Below the pieces are notes generated by a model that was given only the letters and a program-made list of their open reading frames with translations, did not search any database and was not told where the DNA came from. From a virus, in the IMG/VR virus record IMGVR_UViG_3300045922_001133, positions 1,996 through 65,995 of that record: DNA of 64,000 bases. One strand, given 5' to 3'. This document shows, in pieces, positions 36,701-46,124 of the stretch (the first letter of the stretch is position 1; each line of letters starts with the position of its first letter). The position numbers and the translations under genes are program-made.

Positions 36701-39700
36701 TCAGTAGTGGTGCTCCGGGACGTTCTTCAGGTGACCGAAGCCCGGACGCAGGTGATGGGCCCGCGTGAGCCCAAGCTCGGCGCCGTAGGCGATGGCAGGG
36801 ATGGGGTGAGTGCCGTGGATGTTCGACCGGCTTCCGAGGGCGGCTGCCTCCGCAATGGTCGATCGCAGCTTCTGGTGCTGCAGCTTCGCCATCCAGTCCT
36901 CCTGGAGCGAAAGCGGCATCATGTTGATGCCCTTCAGGACGGGCGTGTGCTCGATCGGGCGTCGGCCGGCCTTCACAAGCTCGCTGTTCTGCTTCTGGAC
37001 GACGGACAAGGGCTGGAACTCCCCGCGAAGAACACCGACGGCGTCCCCGGGGTGGACCACCTTGGTGAGGTTCGACATCGCCTTCACGACGGTCTCGATG
37101 TGCCGGCGCTTGATCCCCTCATCCTTGTACAGGTCGTACATCTCCGAGACCAGGTGGTTCTGCACCTTGTCGATACTACCAGTCGCCTTGTAAAGGTCGT
37201 GGGGGTTCACGAACGTCCGGGCCGGGTCGGAGAGCGGTGAGCCCGCGGTGACGTACTGCCCGACCTTGAGCCCAGTCCAATTCGAGCTCCCGTAGGGCTG
37301 ATGAAGCGGGTGGCCGGCGGCGTCCTTGCCGACGAAGTGCTTCTTGCCATTGATGTAGACATTCGCGCCCGTTGACGTCGGTTCGATCTTCTCGATCTTG
37401 CCGCTCGTCATCGCGAGGCTCGCCGCGTTGGGGATCTTCTTCGGCAGCATGGTGAGCTGCTCGAAACGCGCGAAGCTGTTCAGGAGCTTCCCGCCCGACT
37501 GCTCGACGACGCCACCGGTGTGGAAGCTCTTCAGGGTGAGCTGCACCGCGCGCTCGCCGACGGCGTGCGCCGCGTGGATGCCTGCGTTCGTCCCGACATC
37601 GTGGAAGTCCCCGTGCGATCCGACGCCGAGGCACTTCTGGCAGATACCCTTCTCGTGCTCGCACTTCAGCGGGCTCCGGACGAGGAGCTTGGCGTTCTTG
37701 TCGACCGCCTTGATCTGTCCCGTAATGTCCGGAGTGAGCACGGTGCCCGCCTTCACGTGGAGCTTGCCGTGCGTGAAGTCCTGCGCGAGCACCCGGTCGT
37801 GGATGTCCTTCTCGTGGACGCCCATCGCGATCCCGCGCGTGGTACCGCAGTCCTTGCTGCCCACGAGGAGGTCCATCGTGTTGTTCATGAGGAGCTTCGA
37901 CATGTAGCCGGGCTCCTGGACCTCCTGGACCTTGAGCACGGAGCCGCGGCGAGCGCCGTGCATCTGCGTCCAGTACGAGCCGACGTCGAGGCCCTCGGAG
38001 TAGCTCTTCGTGACCGGCATGGGGATGACCCGGTCGGAGGAGTCCTTCAGCAGCATCGGCGCGAGGACCATCTGCTTGTACTGGTCCCACCCAGGCTTCA
38101 CGCCCGCCTTGTACATCGTGAAGAGATTCGTCGGCTTCTTCTCGAGCTTCTTCTCGTGAAGGGCCTTCATCTCCTGGTCGGCCTTCGAGTAGATGGCGAC
38201 GATCCGCCGGTTCTTCTCTGCCTCGGGGAGAGGCGAGCTCCGGATCGCCGCAGCCTCCTTGTCGGCCTTCGAGAGCACTTGGTTTCGGACGGTCTTGTCG
38301 GCGGCGAAGTCCGCGAGCCCGAGGGAGTGCGTCCCGATCGGGACGAAGACGTTCTTCTTCGGGTCGGTGAGGTTCGCGATCGTCGTGTGTGGCAGCGGAA
38401 CGGCGACGGCGCCGAAGGACGCGTCGTTACCGAGGTCCTTCAGCCTGTTCACCGCGCGGTCGAAGTCCGCCTTGTGGTCCTTGCCGAGGCGGGTGAGCAG
38501 CCCCTCGAGGCCCTTCTTGTCGAGCCGGTGGTCGAGGTTGTAGAGGATGTCGTCCTGCATCGCCGGCGGCAACGCGGTCGAGAGAAGCACACGACCCGGC
38601 GTCGTCTTCTTGCCGTTCAGCGAGACGACATCATCGTGCTTGAGCTTGCCCTGGCGAACCGCGTCGAGCACGGCGCCGGGGTTCGAGAAGCTCTTGCCGG
38701 TGTCCTTGCCGGTAAGCGAGAGCTTGTAGATGCCGAGCGCGCTCTCGAGCGTCGGGCTGAAGGCGATCTTGCCGGTGCTCTCTGCGAAGAGGTTCTGCGT
38801 CGGCTTCATCTTGTGCGCCTCGTTCACCGCCTCACGGGAGATGGGAACGAAGACGCTCATCGTGTTGGACAAGACCACCCCGTCAACGGACATGAAGGTC
38901 TCGAAGCCGGGTACGGTCAAGTCGTAACCGTTCTCAACGATGCCAGTCTTTTCGAAGGACACAACACGGTCCCAGCGAACTCCCATGTCACGCGCAAGAC
39001 AAGACCATCGCCAGAAACACTCGTTCTCGCTGGGAAGGGTTGGAATACGGTCGAGAATCTCCAGAGCGGAAGAACGAGACACGTACTCCCGATCCATCGC
39101 GTTTGACAAAACCACATACACGGACTGACCGAGCGAGGTTCCAATGCGATCCCGGAGCTGCTTCGCCACTCCACGCGGCGTCGGGATGATGTCCAACCGC
39201 GCATGAGCCTGTTTCCGGGAAGGACAAGGCCCTTGAATGAAGGAACGGAATGCCTCCGCCTTCTTTACGTGATTGAGGGGCAGCTCCCCGAGGGTGTGAA
39301 AGTCCACGGTCGAGAAGTTTACCGTCCAAACAGGCTGCTTCTTCAGCGTTTTGCCCGCGGTCATCTTCGCCCGAACAGAAAGAGAACGGGCGAGGGACAC
39401 AACTTCATAGGCCAGTCGCGTACTTGTCGTACTGAGGCTGATGAGGTACTGCGGCTTGTCCTTGGCATTGCTGACGCTGATCGACCCATCCGTGTCGATC
39501 AACCCAGCAAGTAGGCCGAGGCGGAAGTCCCGCGGAGCCGTCAGGAAGAAGGGCGGAAGGTGCTTCTGCGCGGCACCGTGGCCGATCAACGGCGCGATGA
39601 ACTTGGCGGCGGCCGTCGAGTTCACCACGTAACGACGACTCTCGACCGATTCCCCGAAGTCCCCACCAATACGCTCGGTAAGAGACACCAAAGGGATCTC

Positions 39701-42700
39701 CTTGAACAGCGCGAGAAGATCTTGCGTAAAGCCAACAGCAACACTGCTCTCGGCGGCAGCGATAGCCACCCCCTTCAAGGTGCCATTGGCACGAACAACC
39801 CAACCATCCCCGACCAGCGTACCGAGAAGCCGACCCGCTCGAGCATCGAGGTCGAAGGAAGCGCGAAGACGATCATCGCCTTCTGGCAGGGGGAGAGCCC
39901 GACGCGACGTCTTTACTTCCCCGTCCGCCATGACGGGAACAAACAAGCCCAAAGACTCACTCGGGCGCCTCCGCACGAAGTTGAGGTCAGAGTCGAGACC
40001 GTAAACCGCTCGCGGGTCGTCGTCGGTAACGATCTGGCGACCCGACGCCAACGTCACGATCTCCACCAAGCGGCCCGTGTGCCTCGACCAATAGCGCACG
40101 TCAGCAAGAGTCAACTTCTTCGTTTGCTCGTCGAAGGCAAGAACCTGAAGGCCCTCAGGCACAGGATGGAAGTCGATGTGACCTTGGGTGACCTTCTCTT
40201 CAGCGTGGGGGAAGTCCGCCAGGTCGCAGAAGTAGAAGTCCCCCTGGAACACGTACCCAACGAGCTCATGAAACCACGCGGCCATCTCCGGCCCCACCTT
40301 TCGAAGAGACCACCACAGGGCATCCGGCCACGGCGCCTCTCCAAGGTGGGTAGCACGGACTTTCCCTTGGGCAAGTCCGCGTTGCATGACAGAATCGCGG
40401 ACAAACAGGACTACTTGACCAAGTTGCTGGTCGCCGTCGAAGTCAGCGTTGAAGCCGCCGCAGACGAGCGGGTGGATCTTGATGGCGTTGCCCTCGACAG
40501 CCTTCGCCTGGAAGGCCTGCACCGAGTACTTGTGCAGCGCCGGGTCTCGCTTCAGGAGCACCGGACGCTCCTCCATCACCTTGTCGAGCGCGCGCCAGAC
40601 GGGTTCGCTCCTCTGCGCGAGCATCTTCTGGGCGTCGAGCGGCGTCGGCGCGGCGCCCATCTCCTGAAGCTTCTTCACGACGAAGGGCCGGAAGAGGTCG
40701 AGCGCGTGCGTCTTCGGCAGACCGACCTCGTCGAGGCCGAGCGCAGGCTCGGGGACGATCGTCGAGCGCATCGTGAGATCCTGGCGCTTCTGGACGAGAG
40801 CGCGCTGGAAGAACCCGCTCTTCGGGCTCGCACCGGAGAGCATGTGGAGCAAGCCCTTGTGCTCCGCGTCCTTGTACGGGATGCCGTAGCCGATGATGGC
40901 CTTCACGCCATCGTAGAGGTTCCGGCGAAGCTCGCTCTTCCGGCTCTCGGTGAAGTTCCGGAGGATGGTCGGGTCCTTGAGCTGGTCGTTGACCTGCGCG
41001 AAGTCCGAGTAGAGCTGGTTGATGTCGGCGTACTTGATGTTGCCGTCTTGCATCAACGACGCGGGGCGCATCACTGGCGGGATGACCGGGATGTTCTTCA
41101 GGATGTACGCCTCGTGCGGCTTCATCCCGAGCTGGTCGAGGGCCCTGAGGTACTTCACCTTCTTCAGGAGCGGGTCGACGTCGGCAGCCTTCGCGTTGTT
41201 GAGCGCGGTCTGCGCCTTCGAGAGCTCTTTCTTCACGTCGATCTGCTTGAGCATGTGCTCGATCGCGTGACCACCCGTGAAGACGCCCTTGCCGAGGTTA
41301 GCGAGCGTGCCGTTCGGATGGATACCCTTCTCACCGGCGATGACAGCGTTGAAGTCCTTCTGCGATAGCCCGGTGAGCACGCGGATGGGCGTCTCGAAGA
41401 GGGGGTTCGGCACCGGCTCGGCGAGCGGGATGCGCGACCACTTCGTGCCGCCGTGACCACCGGTGAGCTTCTCGTCGAAGAGGCCGCCCGGCCGCGGCTT
41501 GAGCTCGCCGGTATTCTTGTCGATCTTCGCCTCGAGCCGCTCGCCCGGCCTCGGCAGGACGCGATCGCCGGTGAGCTCGAGGATGTGCTTGTCGGTGAGC
41601 GGCGAGAGGACGAACTCGTGGCCCTTCTTCTCGATGTTCACGCCGGCGCCGCGAAGCAGGTCCTCGAACTTCTTGAAGGCGAACGTGGGCTTCGGCGTCG
41701 GCAGCGGCTCGCCCGTCTGGATGGCCTTCCACACCTGGTTGTGCTGGCTCGGCCAGCGCTTCGCCTCGTTCGTCTGCGGGTCCGGGCCTTCGCCCTTCCA
41801 CGTCTGCATCTCGCGCAGGTTTGCCTTCGCGCCGTGCGCGAGGAGCGCGTACATGCCGAGCGTGCCGATGCGCTGCCCGGTCTTCGGCTGCAAGTTGATG
41901 TCGTACTTGTCCGTGGAGGGCAGACCCGGGAGGCCCATGCCCGGCGCGACGGCGACCTTCTTGTCAACCTGGTGGACGAGCTTGAGAATGTGCTGCTTGC
42001 CGACAAGGGCCTTGCCGAGCGGCTGCCCCGTGACCGGATCGTAGATATCCTCCTGGTCGGAGAGGCCGTGCTTCTTCAGCTCGGCCTGCACGTGCGCGAC
42101 CATGTCGGCGTCCTTCTGGAACGACGGCGCGACATAGGACTTGCCGAGCTTCTCGGCGATCTTCGACGCGGCAGTCTCGAGGACCTGGCCGACGTTCATG
42201 CGCCCGGGCACACCCGACGGATTGAGCGCGACCTCGATGTGCTTGCCGTCCTTCGTGCGGGGCATCTCCTTGTCCGGGAGGATCATCGTGACGATGCCCT
42301 TGTTGCCGTAGCGGCCCGCGATCTTGTCGCCGACCTGCATCGGCTCGATGGTCTTCACGTGGACCTGGATGCCGTCCTTGCTCCTCGTGATGCCAACGAC
42401 CTCGCCTTCCCCTTCACCGTCCCAGCGGAGGCTCTTGTCGGTGTGCGTGCCGGTGATGCTCTTGCGGATCGCGGCGACGCCCGTGCGGTCCTTGATCTCG
42501 AAGGGCTTCACGGCGAGGATGAGCGGGTCGCCTGGGCGCACGCGCGCGCCGATCTTCGGCAGGCCGTCCTCCCCGATGTGCTCCATCTGGTCCTTCTTGA
42601 AGAGGCCCGGATGATGGATCTCGAACTTCCGACGCCCGAGGATGGTCTTCTCGTCGACAGCGAGCACCGGCTTGTAGAGGTGCACCGAGGCGAGCTTCTT

Positions 42701-44638
42701 CGCCGCGCTCTCCGAGATGACGACGCCGTCCTCGAAGTTGTAGCCCTTGAACGGGATGTACGCGACGCGGAGATTCGTCCCGAGAGCGAGGGTGCCGTTC
42801 TTCGAGAAGTTCGTGTCGGCGATGACCTGCCCCGCCTTCACGCGGTCACCGACCTTCACCGTCGGTGTCGAGTGGAGAACGCTCTTCGCGTCGTTGAGCG
42901 GGTAGTTGTTGTAGATGTGGACCTCGCGGATCTTGCCATCCTTACCCTTGAGCACGATGGCGTCCGACTTCACCGCGTGAACGACACCATCGATGGGTGC
43001 CTGGTGAGACGCCTGCGTCCCGAGCACGCGCTCGAACGAGTTCATGTTCGGCTTGTCGACGCCCGTCGAGACCTGAACGAGCGGCTCCTCGCGATGGAGG
43101 AGCGAGATGGCCTGCTCGATGTGGCGACTCGCCATCGACGCGCGGTTGCCTGACGTGTTCCCGAGGAACGGGATCAGGTTCGACGTCATGTTGAAGAGCT
43201 GGCTCGGGTGGCGCATCACGTAGTGCGCGTCGTCGAACTTCCCGTCCTTCATCTCGTTGTTCGGCCCGACGATCTTCACCGTCGATCCGATCGGCCTCGG
43301 CTTGCCGTTCTCCCACTTCACCTGATCGGGGAGAACGACGTTCTTCGTCACGAAGTCGCCGGGGGAGACGAGCTCGGTCTGCTGCGTCTTCAAGTTGTAG
43401 AGCGGGATCTTCGGCTCGTTGCCGACCTTCTTCACGCCGAGCGGCAGGCGAAGCGTCACGCCGGTCTTCGAGCCCTCGGGCGTGTGGATCGGGTCGAGGA
43501 AGCCGAGGTGCGACGGGTTGACGAACTTCGCTTCGTCGGTGATCGACTTCTCGCTCTTGATGCCGCCGGGACCCATGATGGTCGTCTGGAGCGAGCTCGA
43601 GACCATCTCCACAGGGTTGATCTGCGTGGCGATGCGCGCGGCGCTGTTCTTGTGGAACGTCTGCTTGATCGGGTCGTTGAAGAGGTCGAACTTGACGATG
43701 TCCCGGATGTCGTTCGCCTGGTTGATCTTGCGCGCGGTCTTCGCCGATATGACCTTCGCCGCGCCCCTGAGCTTGTCGAACACGAAGTCGCCAGCGGAGC
43801 GGAGGTCCTTGAACATGAGGCTGTCGCGGTCGTCCTCCGGGTGACCACTCTGGACCTTCATCAACTTCTGCGCTGCGAGAAGTAGCGCTTCACCGTTCAC
43901 GTGGTCGATGGGCTTGCCGAGCGTGAGCGCCGTCGCCTCGGGGCGCATCTTCGACCCAACGAACGTCTCGTAGAGGTGCTTCTCCGCGATCTCCTTCGAG
44001 GGCGGAGCCTCGCGGCGGTCCGTCTTGTAGAACTTCTCCACCGTGCCGGCGACGCCGCGAGCGTTCTTGTTCGCTTCGAACACCTCCTTGCCGAGCGCCT
44101 TCTCGATCGTGTGGTCGTCGAGACCCATCACCTTGAAGATCGGGTACGCCGGAAGCTTCGCCTTGTTGTACTCGATGACGAACTGCTTCGTGCCCGGATC
44201 GAACACCATGTCGAACGGCGTCTTGTTCGCGACGTTGAAACGAGTCTCGAGCTCGCCGTTCTGGCGACGCCGTGTGTAGGCGCCGGGCTTGAGCTGCCAC
44301 TGGTTGTCGATCTGGTACTCCTGCCCATCGAGGATGTAGGAGTAGCGCTGCGTCTGCTTCGGGATCTCCGCGAGGCGGATACGACGGCGGTCGACCGTCT
44401 TCCCGGTGATGTTGTCGACGAGCTCGAGCTCGCCGAAGACGGGCACGGCGTACGACCCACCCTCGACCTTCGCCTTGTGCTGCAACCGCAGGTCGTCGGG
44501 GTGAAGATCATCCTTCACTTCGATCTTCTTCAGGTAGAGCGTCTGGAGCTTTCCCTTGATCGGGAAGTGGCTCTGGATGCCCTCAATCGTCCTGTCGCGG
44601 AAGTGAGCGAACGCCTCCGCCGGATCCAGGTAGGCCAT
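36701..44638 (-). CDS. phage multisubunit RNA polymerase, beta-beta' fusion, with one intein
   Basis: Start at MAYLDP; 2645 aa. Beta motifs: NPSHLGFLDPIHTPEG, GYNFEDG, GDKIAGRYGNKG, NPSGVPGRMNVGQ, GQRIG. Beta' motifs: PVIPPVMRP, LLKRDPALH, NADFDGD, bridge helix RRGSV...PGYMSKLL, trigger loop GERAVQLTLKSFHTGG. Junction near 41620. Confidence 0.95.
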   Translation of the reverse strand: MAYLDPAEAFAHFRDRTIEGIQSHFPIKGKLQTLYLKKIEVKDDLHPDDLRLQHKAKVEGGSYAVPVFGELELVDNITGKTVDRRRIRLAEIPKQTQRYSYILDGQEYQIDNQWQLKPGAYTRRRQNGELETRFNVANKTPFDMVFDPGTKQFVIEYNKAKLPAYPIFKVMGLDDHTIEKALGKEVFEANKNARGVAGTVEKFYKTDRREAPPSKEIAEKHLYETFVGSKMRPEATALTLGKPIDHVNGEALLLAAQKLMKVQSGHPEDDRDSLMFKDLRSAGDFVFDKLRGAAKVISAKTARKINQANDIRDIVKFDLFNDPIKQTFHKNSAARIATQINPVEMVSSSLQTTIMGPGGIKSEKSITDEAKFVNPSHLGFLDPIHTPEGSKTGVTLRLPLGVKKVGNEPKIPLYNLKTQQTELVSPGDFVTKNVVLPDQVKWENGKPRPIGSTVKIVGPNNEMKDGKFDDAHYVMRHPSQLFNMTSNLIPFLGNTSGNRASMASRHIEQAISLLHREEPLVQVSTGVDKPNMNSFERVLGTQASHQAPIDGVVHAVKSDAIVLKGKDGKIREVHIYNNYPLNDAKSVLHSTPTVKVGDRVKAGQVIADTNFSKNGTLALGTNLRVAYIPFKGYNFEDGVVISESAAKKLASVHLYKPVLAVDEKTILGRRKFEIHHPGLFKKDQMEHIGEDGLPKIGARVRPGDPLILAVKPFEIKDRTGVAAIRKSITGTHTDKSLRWDGEGEGEVVGITRSKDGIQVHVKTIEPMQVGDKIAGRYGNKGIVTMILPDKEMPRTKDGKHIEVALNPSGVPGRMNVGQVLETAASKIAEKLGKSYVAPSFQKDADMVAHVQAELKKHGLSDQEDIYDPVTGQPLGKALVGKQHILKLVHQVDKKVAVAPGMGLPGLPSTDKYDINLQPKTGQRIGTLGMYALLAHGAKANLREMQTWKGEGPDPQTNEAKRWPSQHNQVWKAIQTGEPLPTPKPTFAFKKFEDLLRGAGVNIEKKGHEFVLSPLTDKHILELTGDRVLPRPGERLEAKIDKNTGELKPRPGGLFDEKLTGGHGGTKWSRIPLAEPVPNPLFETPIRVLTGLSQKDFNAVIAGEKGIHPNGTLANLGKGVFTGGHAIEHMLKQIDVKKELSKAQTALNNAKAADVDPLLKKVKYLRALDQLGMKPHEAYILKNIPVIPPVMRPASLMQDGNIKYADINQLYSDFAQVNDQLKDPTILRNFTESRKSELRRNLYDGVKAIIGYGIPYKDAEHKGLLHMLSGASPKSGFFQRALVQKRQDLTMRSTIVPEPALGLDEVGLPKTHALDLFRPFVVKKLQEMGAAPTPLDAQKMLAQRSEPVWRALDKVMEERPVLLKRDPALHKYSVQAFQAKAVEGNAIKIHPLVCGGFNADFDGDQQLGQVVLFVRDSVMQRGLAQGKVRATHLGEAPWPDALWWSLRKVGPEMAAWFHELVGYVFQGDFYFCDLADFPHAEEKVTQGHIDFHPVPEGLQVLAFDEQTKKLTLADVRYWSRHTGRLVEIVTLASGRQIVTDDDPRAVYGLDSDLNFVRRRPSESLGLFVPVMADGEVKTSRRALPLPEGDDRLRASFDLDARAGRLLGTLVGDGWVVRANGTLKGVAIAAAESSVAVGFTQDLLALFKEIPLVSLTERIGGDFGESVESRRYVVNSTAAAKFIAPLIGHGAAQKHLPPFFLTAPRDFRLGLLAGLIDTDGSISVSNAKDKPQYLISLSTTSTRLAYEVVSLARSLSVRAKMTAGKTLKKQPVWTVNFSTVDFHTLGELPLNHVKKAEAFRSFIQGPCPSRKQAHARLDIIPTPRGVAKQLRDRIGTSLGQSVYVVLSNAMDREYVSRSSALEILDRIPTLPSENECFWRWSCLARDMGVRWDRVVSFEKTGIVENGYDLTVPGFETFMSVDGVVLSNTMSVFVPISREAVNEAHKMKPTQNLFAESTGKIAFSPTLESALGIYKLSLTGKDTGKSFSNPGAVLDAVRQGKLKHDDVVSLNGKKTTPGRVLLSTALPPAMQDDILYNLDHRLDKKGLEGLLTRLGKDHKADFDRAVNRLKDLGNDASFGAVAVPLPHTTIANLTDPKKNVFVPIGTHSLGLADFAADKTVRNQVLSKADKEAAAIRSSPLPEAEKNRRIVAIYSKADQEMKALHEKKLEKKPTNLFTMYKAGVKPGWDQYKQMVLAPMLLKDSSDRVIPMPVTKSYSEGLDVGSYWTQMHGARRGSVLKVQEVQEPGYMSKLLMNNTMDLLVGSKDCGTTRGIAMGVHEKDIHDRVLAQDFTHGKLHVKAGTVLTPDITGQIKAVDKNAKLLVRSPLKCEHEKGICQKCLGVGSHGDFHDVGTNAGIHAAHAVGERAVQLTLKSFHTGGVVEQSGGKLLNSFARFEQLTMLPKKIPNAASLAMTSGKIEKIEPTSTGANVYINGKKHFVGKDAAGHPLHQPYGSSNWTGLKVGQYVTAGSPLSDPARTFVNPHDLYKATGSIDKVQNHLVSEMYDLYKDEGIKRRHIETVVKAMSNLTKVVHPGDAVGVLRGEFQPLSVVQKQNSELVKAGRRPIEHTPVLKGINMMPLSLQEDWMAKLQHQKLRSTIAEAAALGSRSNIHGTHPIPAIAYGAELGLTRAHHLRPGFGHLKNVPEHHY
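38864..40429 (-). mobile_element. atypical intein (Gln1, LAGLIDADG, 522 aa) in the RNAP catalytic motif
   Basis: Inserted in NADFDGD|TMSVFVP; ends GYDLTV...GVVLSN, +1 Thr; LLGTLVGDGW and LAGLIDTDGS; lower GC3 than the flanks. Confidence 0.88.
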
Positions 44639-44693
44639 GGGGGCAGGGTACTCCACGCCGCGGAAACGCAGCAAGACGCGCACACGCAGAGAG

Positions 44694-44709
44694 ATAAGGA
44701 CTTCGAGGG
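44694..44709 (+). promoter_or_regulatory. candidate phage promoter motif ATAAGGACTTCGAGGG
   Basis: 14/16 identical to 54373-54388; both lie about 30 nt upstream of the first gene of a plus-strand unit. Confidence 0.5.
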
Positions 44710-44739
44710 CGCACACGAAACGCCGCCCTGGGAGTCGTC

Positions 44740-44847
44740 ATGAATCAGGCACGCAAACCCGAAGAAGAAGAGAACGAGAACGAGAACGAGGACAGCAAGG
44801 GGAAGCGGTTCGAAGACGACATCGACCGCTTGTACAACCCGAAGTGA
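44740..44847 (+). CDS. small acidic peptide (35 aa)
   Basis: GGGAG RBS; MNQARKPEEEENENENEDSK...; stop overlaps the next ATG (TGATG). Confidence 0.45.
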   Translation: MNQARKPEEEENENENEDSKGKRFEDDIDRLYNPK

Positions 44848-45041
44848 TGTGGCGCTTCATCTTGGCGAGCTTCACGGCAGGCTTCGTGAACGGCCTGTAC
44901 GTATGGGTCACCGGGACGCTGGAGGAGGCAGAGCAACAAGATGATCGTGAACCCGTTCCAGCGAAAGGAGATGCTGGCGACGTACGCGGGGACCCGCATT
45001 CTCCAGATGGACTTCGGTCTCGTAGGAACGGTTGTCACTGA
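44847..45041 (+). CDS. small membrane peptide (64 aa)
   Basis: MWRFILASFTAGFVNGLYVWV hydrophobic N-terminus; translationally coupled start. Confidence 0.4.
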   Translation: MWRFILASFTAGFVNGLYVWVTGTLEEAEQQDDREPVPAKGDAGDVRGDPHSPDGLRSRRNGCH

Positions 45042-45531
45042 CCCGTTCAACCAGTACCGACGATGGCGCATCGATGGTCTGTATGCGCCGACCGGCCATC
45101 GTGCCATCGATGGCATCCGGGCGAAGCTCGTTGACGACAAGAGCTTCGTCACCTTCATCAACCAGATGGACCTCGAGGTCCTCCTGGGGATGGGAAGGCC
45201 GGGCGAGACGTGTCGCTGGTCCGGACGGAAGTACGCTGCACCTGGAGACAGCGACTTCTACGGCATGTTCGTTGACGACGATGACCTCGTCGACGACCTC
45301 TACGACCGCGAGCTCTTGCTGCGCGGGGTAAGCGACGCTGGCGTGCTCCACAACAACACCGAGCTCCTTCGCAGGGTACACCTCGAGGAGAAAGTCGACG
45401 TGGAAGAGCTCTGGCTGCTGCTCTGGGACGGTGACCCGGAGACGGGCATCAGTCCGGACATCCGGTTCGAGACCGTCGAGCGGCGATGGAGCCGAGTCGA
45501 GCGAGTGAGGGCGCCATGGGACTGTATATGA
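44941..45531 (+). CDS. hypothetical protein
   Basis: 196 aa; GGAGGAGG upstream; high GC3. Confidence 0.7.
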   Translation: MIVNPFQRKEMLATYAGTRILQMDFGLVGTVVTDPFNQYRRWRIDGLYAPTGHRAIDGIRAKLVDDKSFVTFINQMDLEVLLGMGRPGETCRWSGRKYAAPGDSDFYGMFVDDDDLVDDLYDRELLLRGVSDAGVLHNNTELLRRVHLEEKVDVEELWLLLWDGDPETGISPDIRFETVERRWSRVERVRAPWDCI

Positions 45532-46124
45532 GAGAACAACGGGGATGGATCCCCAAAGAAGAAGAAGAAGAAGAAGAAGAAGACGAGGAGGAGGAGGAGG
45601 AGGAGGACGAGATCCCGCCGCACCGGCGCACGGGGCGCGAATGCGACTGCTGCGGCGAGGGCCTGGTCTATTGCGACGAGGTCTTCGTGCTCGAGGTCGT
45701 TGAAGCGGCCCGGGAAAACGGCCGGATCTTCCACGACATCCTCCGAGACGAAGAGGGGGACTACCTCTACCGTCCCTACATGATGCACATCGAATGCTGG
45801 GAAGAAGTACTCGAGTGCATCGACGAAGCGATCGCCGACCAGCCGCCGATGAAAGCAAAAGAAGCCATCTTGAAGTGCTCGCGGTGTGAGAGCGCCATCG
45901 GTAACTTCGAGCCGTTTGTGGCCTCGACGTTCGGAGAGATCGGCGTCTCGGGCAGGAGCCCCTCGGGGAAACCGAGCGCGGTCTTCCAGCCGATGTCGGA
46001 CATCACGCCGGTCTGTCTCTTGTGCATCGCGCACGTAGCGGAAGACCACCTGGATGAATGGGAGGAGCTCCTCGAGTCACTCCCCGAGATCGAATACCCG
46101 GAAGGAGAGCAGGAAGATGAGTGA
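45528..46124 (+). CDS. acidic Cys-rich (multi-Zn-finger-like) protein with poly-Glu tract
   Basis: Start ATG overlapping the upstream TGA; CDCC-x6-C, HIEC, CSRC, CLLC; (GAA)n(GAG)n at about 45558-45611. Confidence 0.65.
   Translation: MREQRGWIPKEEEEEEEEDEEEEEEEDEIPPHRRTGRECDCCGEGLVYCDEVFVLEVVEAARENGRIFHDILRDEEGDYLYRPYMMHIECWEEVLECIDEAIADQPPMKAKEAILKCSRCESAIGNFEPFVASTFGEIGVSGRSPSGKPSAVFQPMSDITPVCLLCIAHVAEDHLDEWEELLESLPEIEYPEGEQEDE

Noticed and set aside
39103-39131. TTGACA inside the RNAP intein as an antisense promoter
   Set aside because: No plausible -10 element at 16-18 bp spacing
36701-44638. Cellular rpoBC operon, i.e. a host chromosome or prophage flank
   Set aside because: No ribosomal-protein neighbours, divergent motifs, missing beta' Zn domain, and flanked on both sides by phage morphogenesis genes
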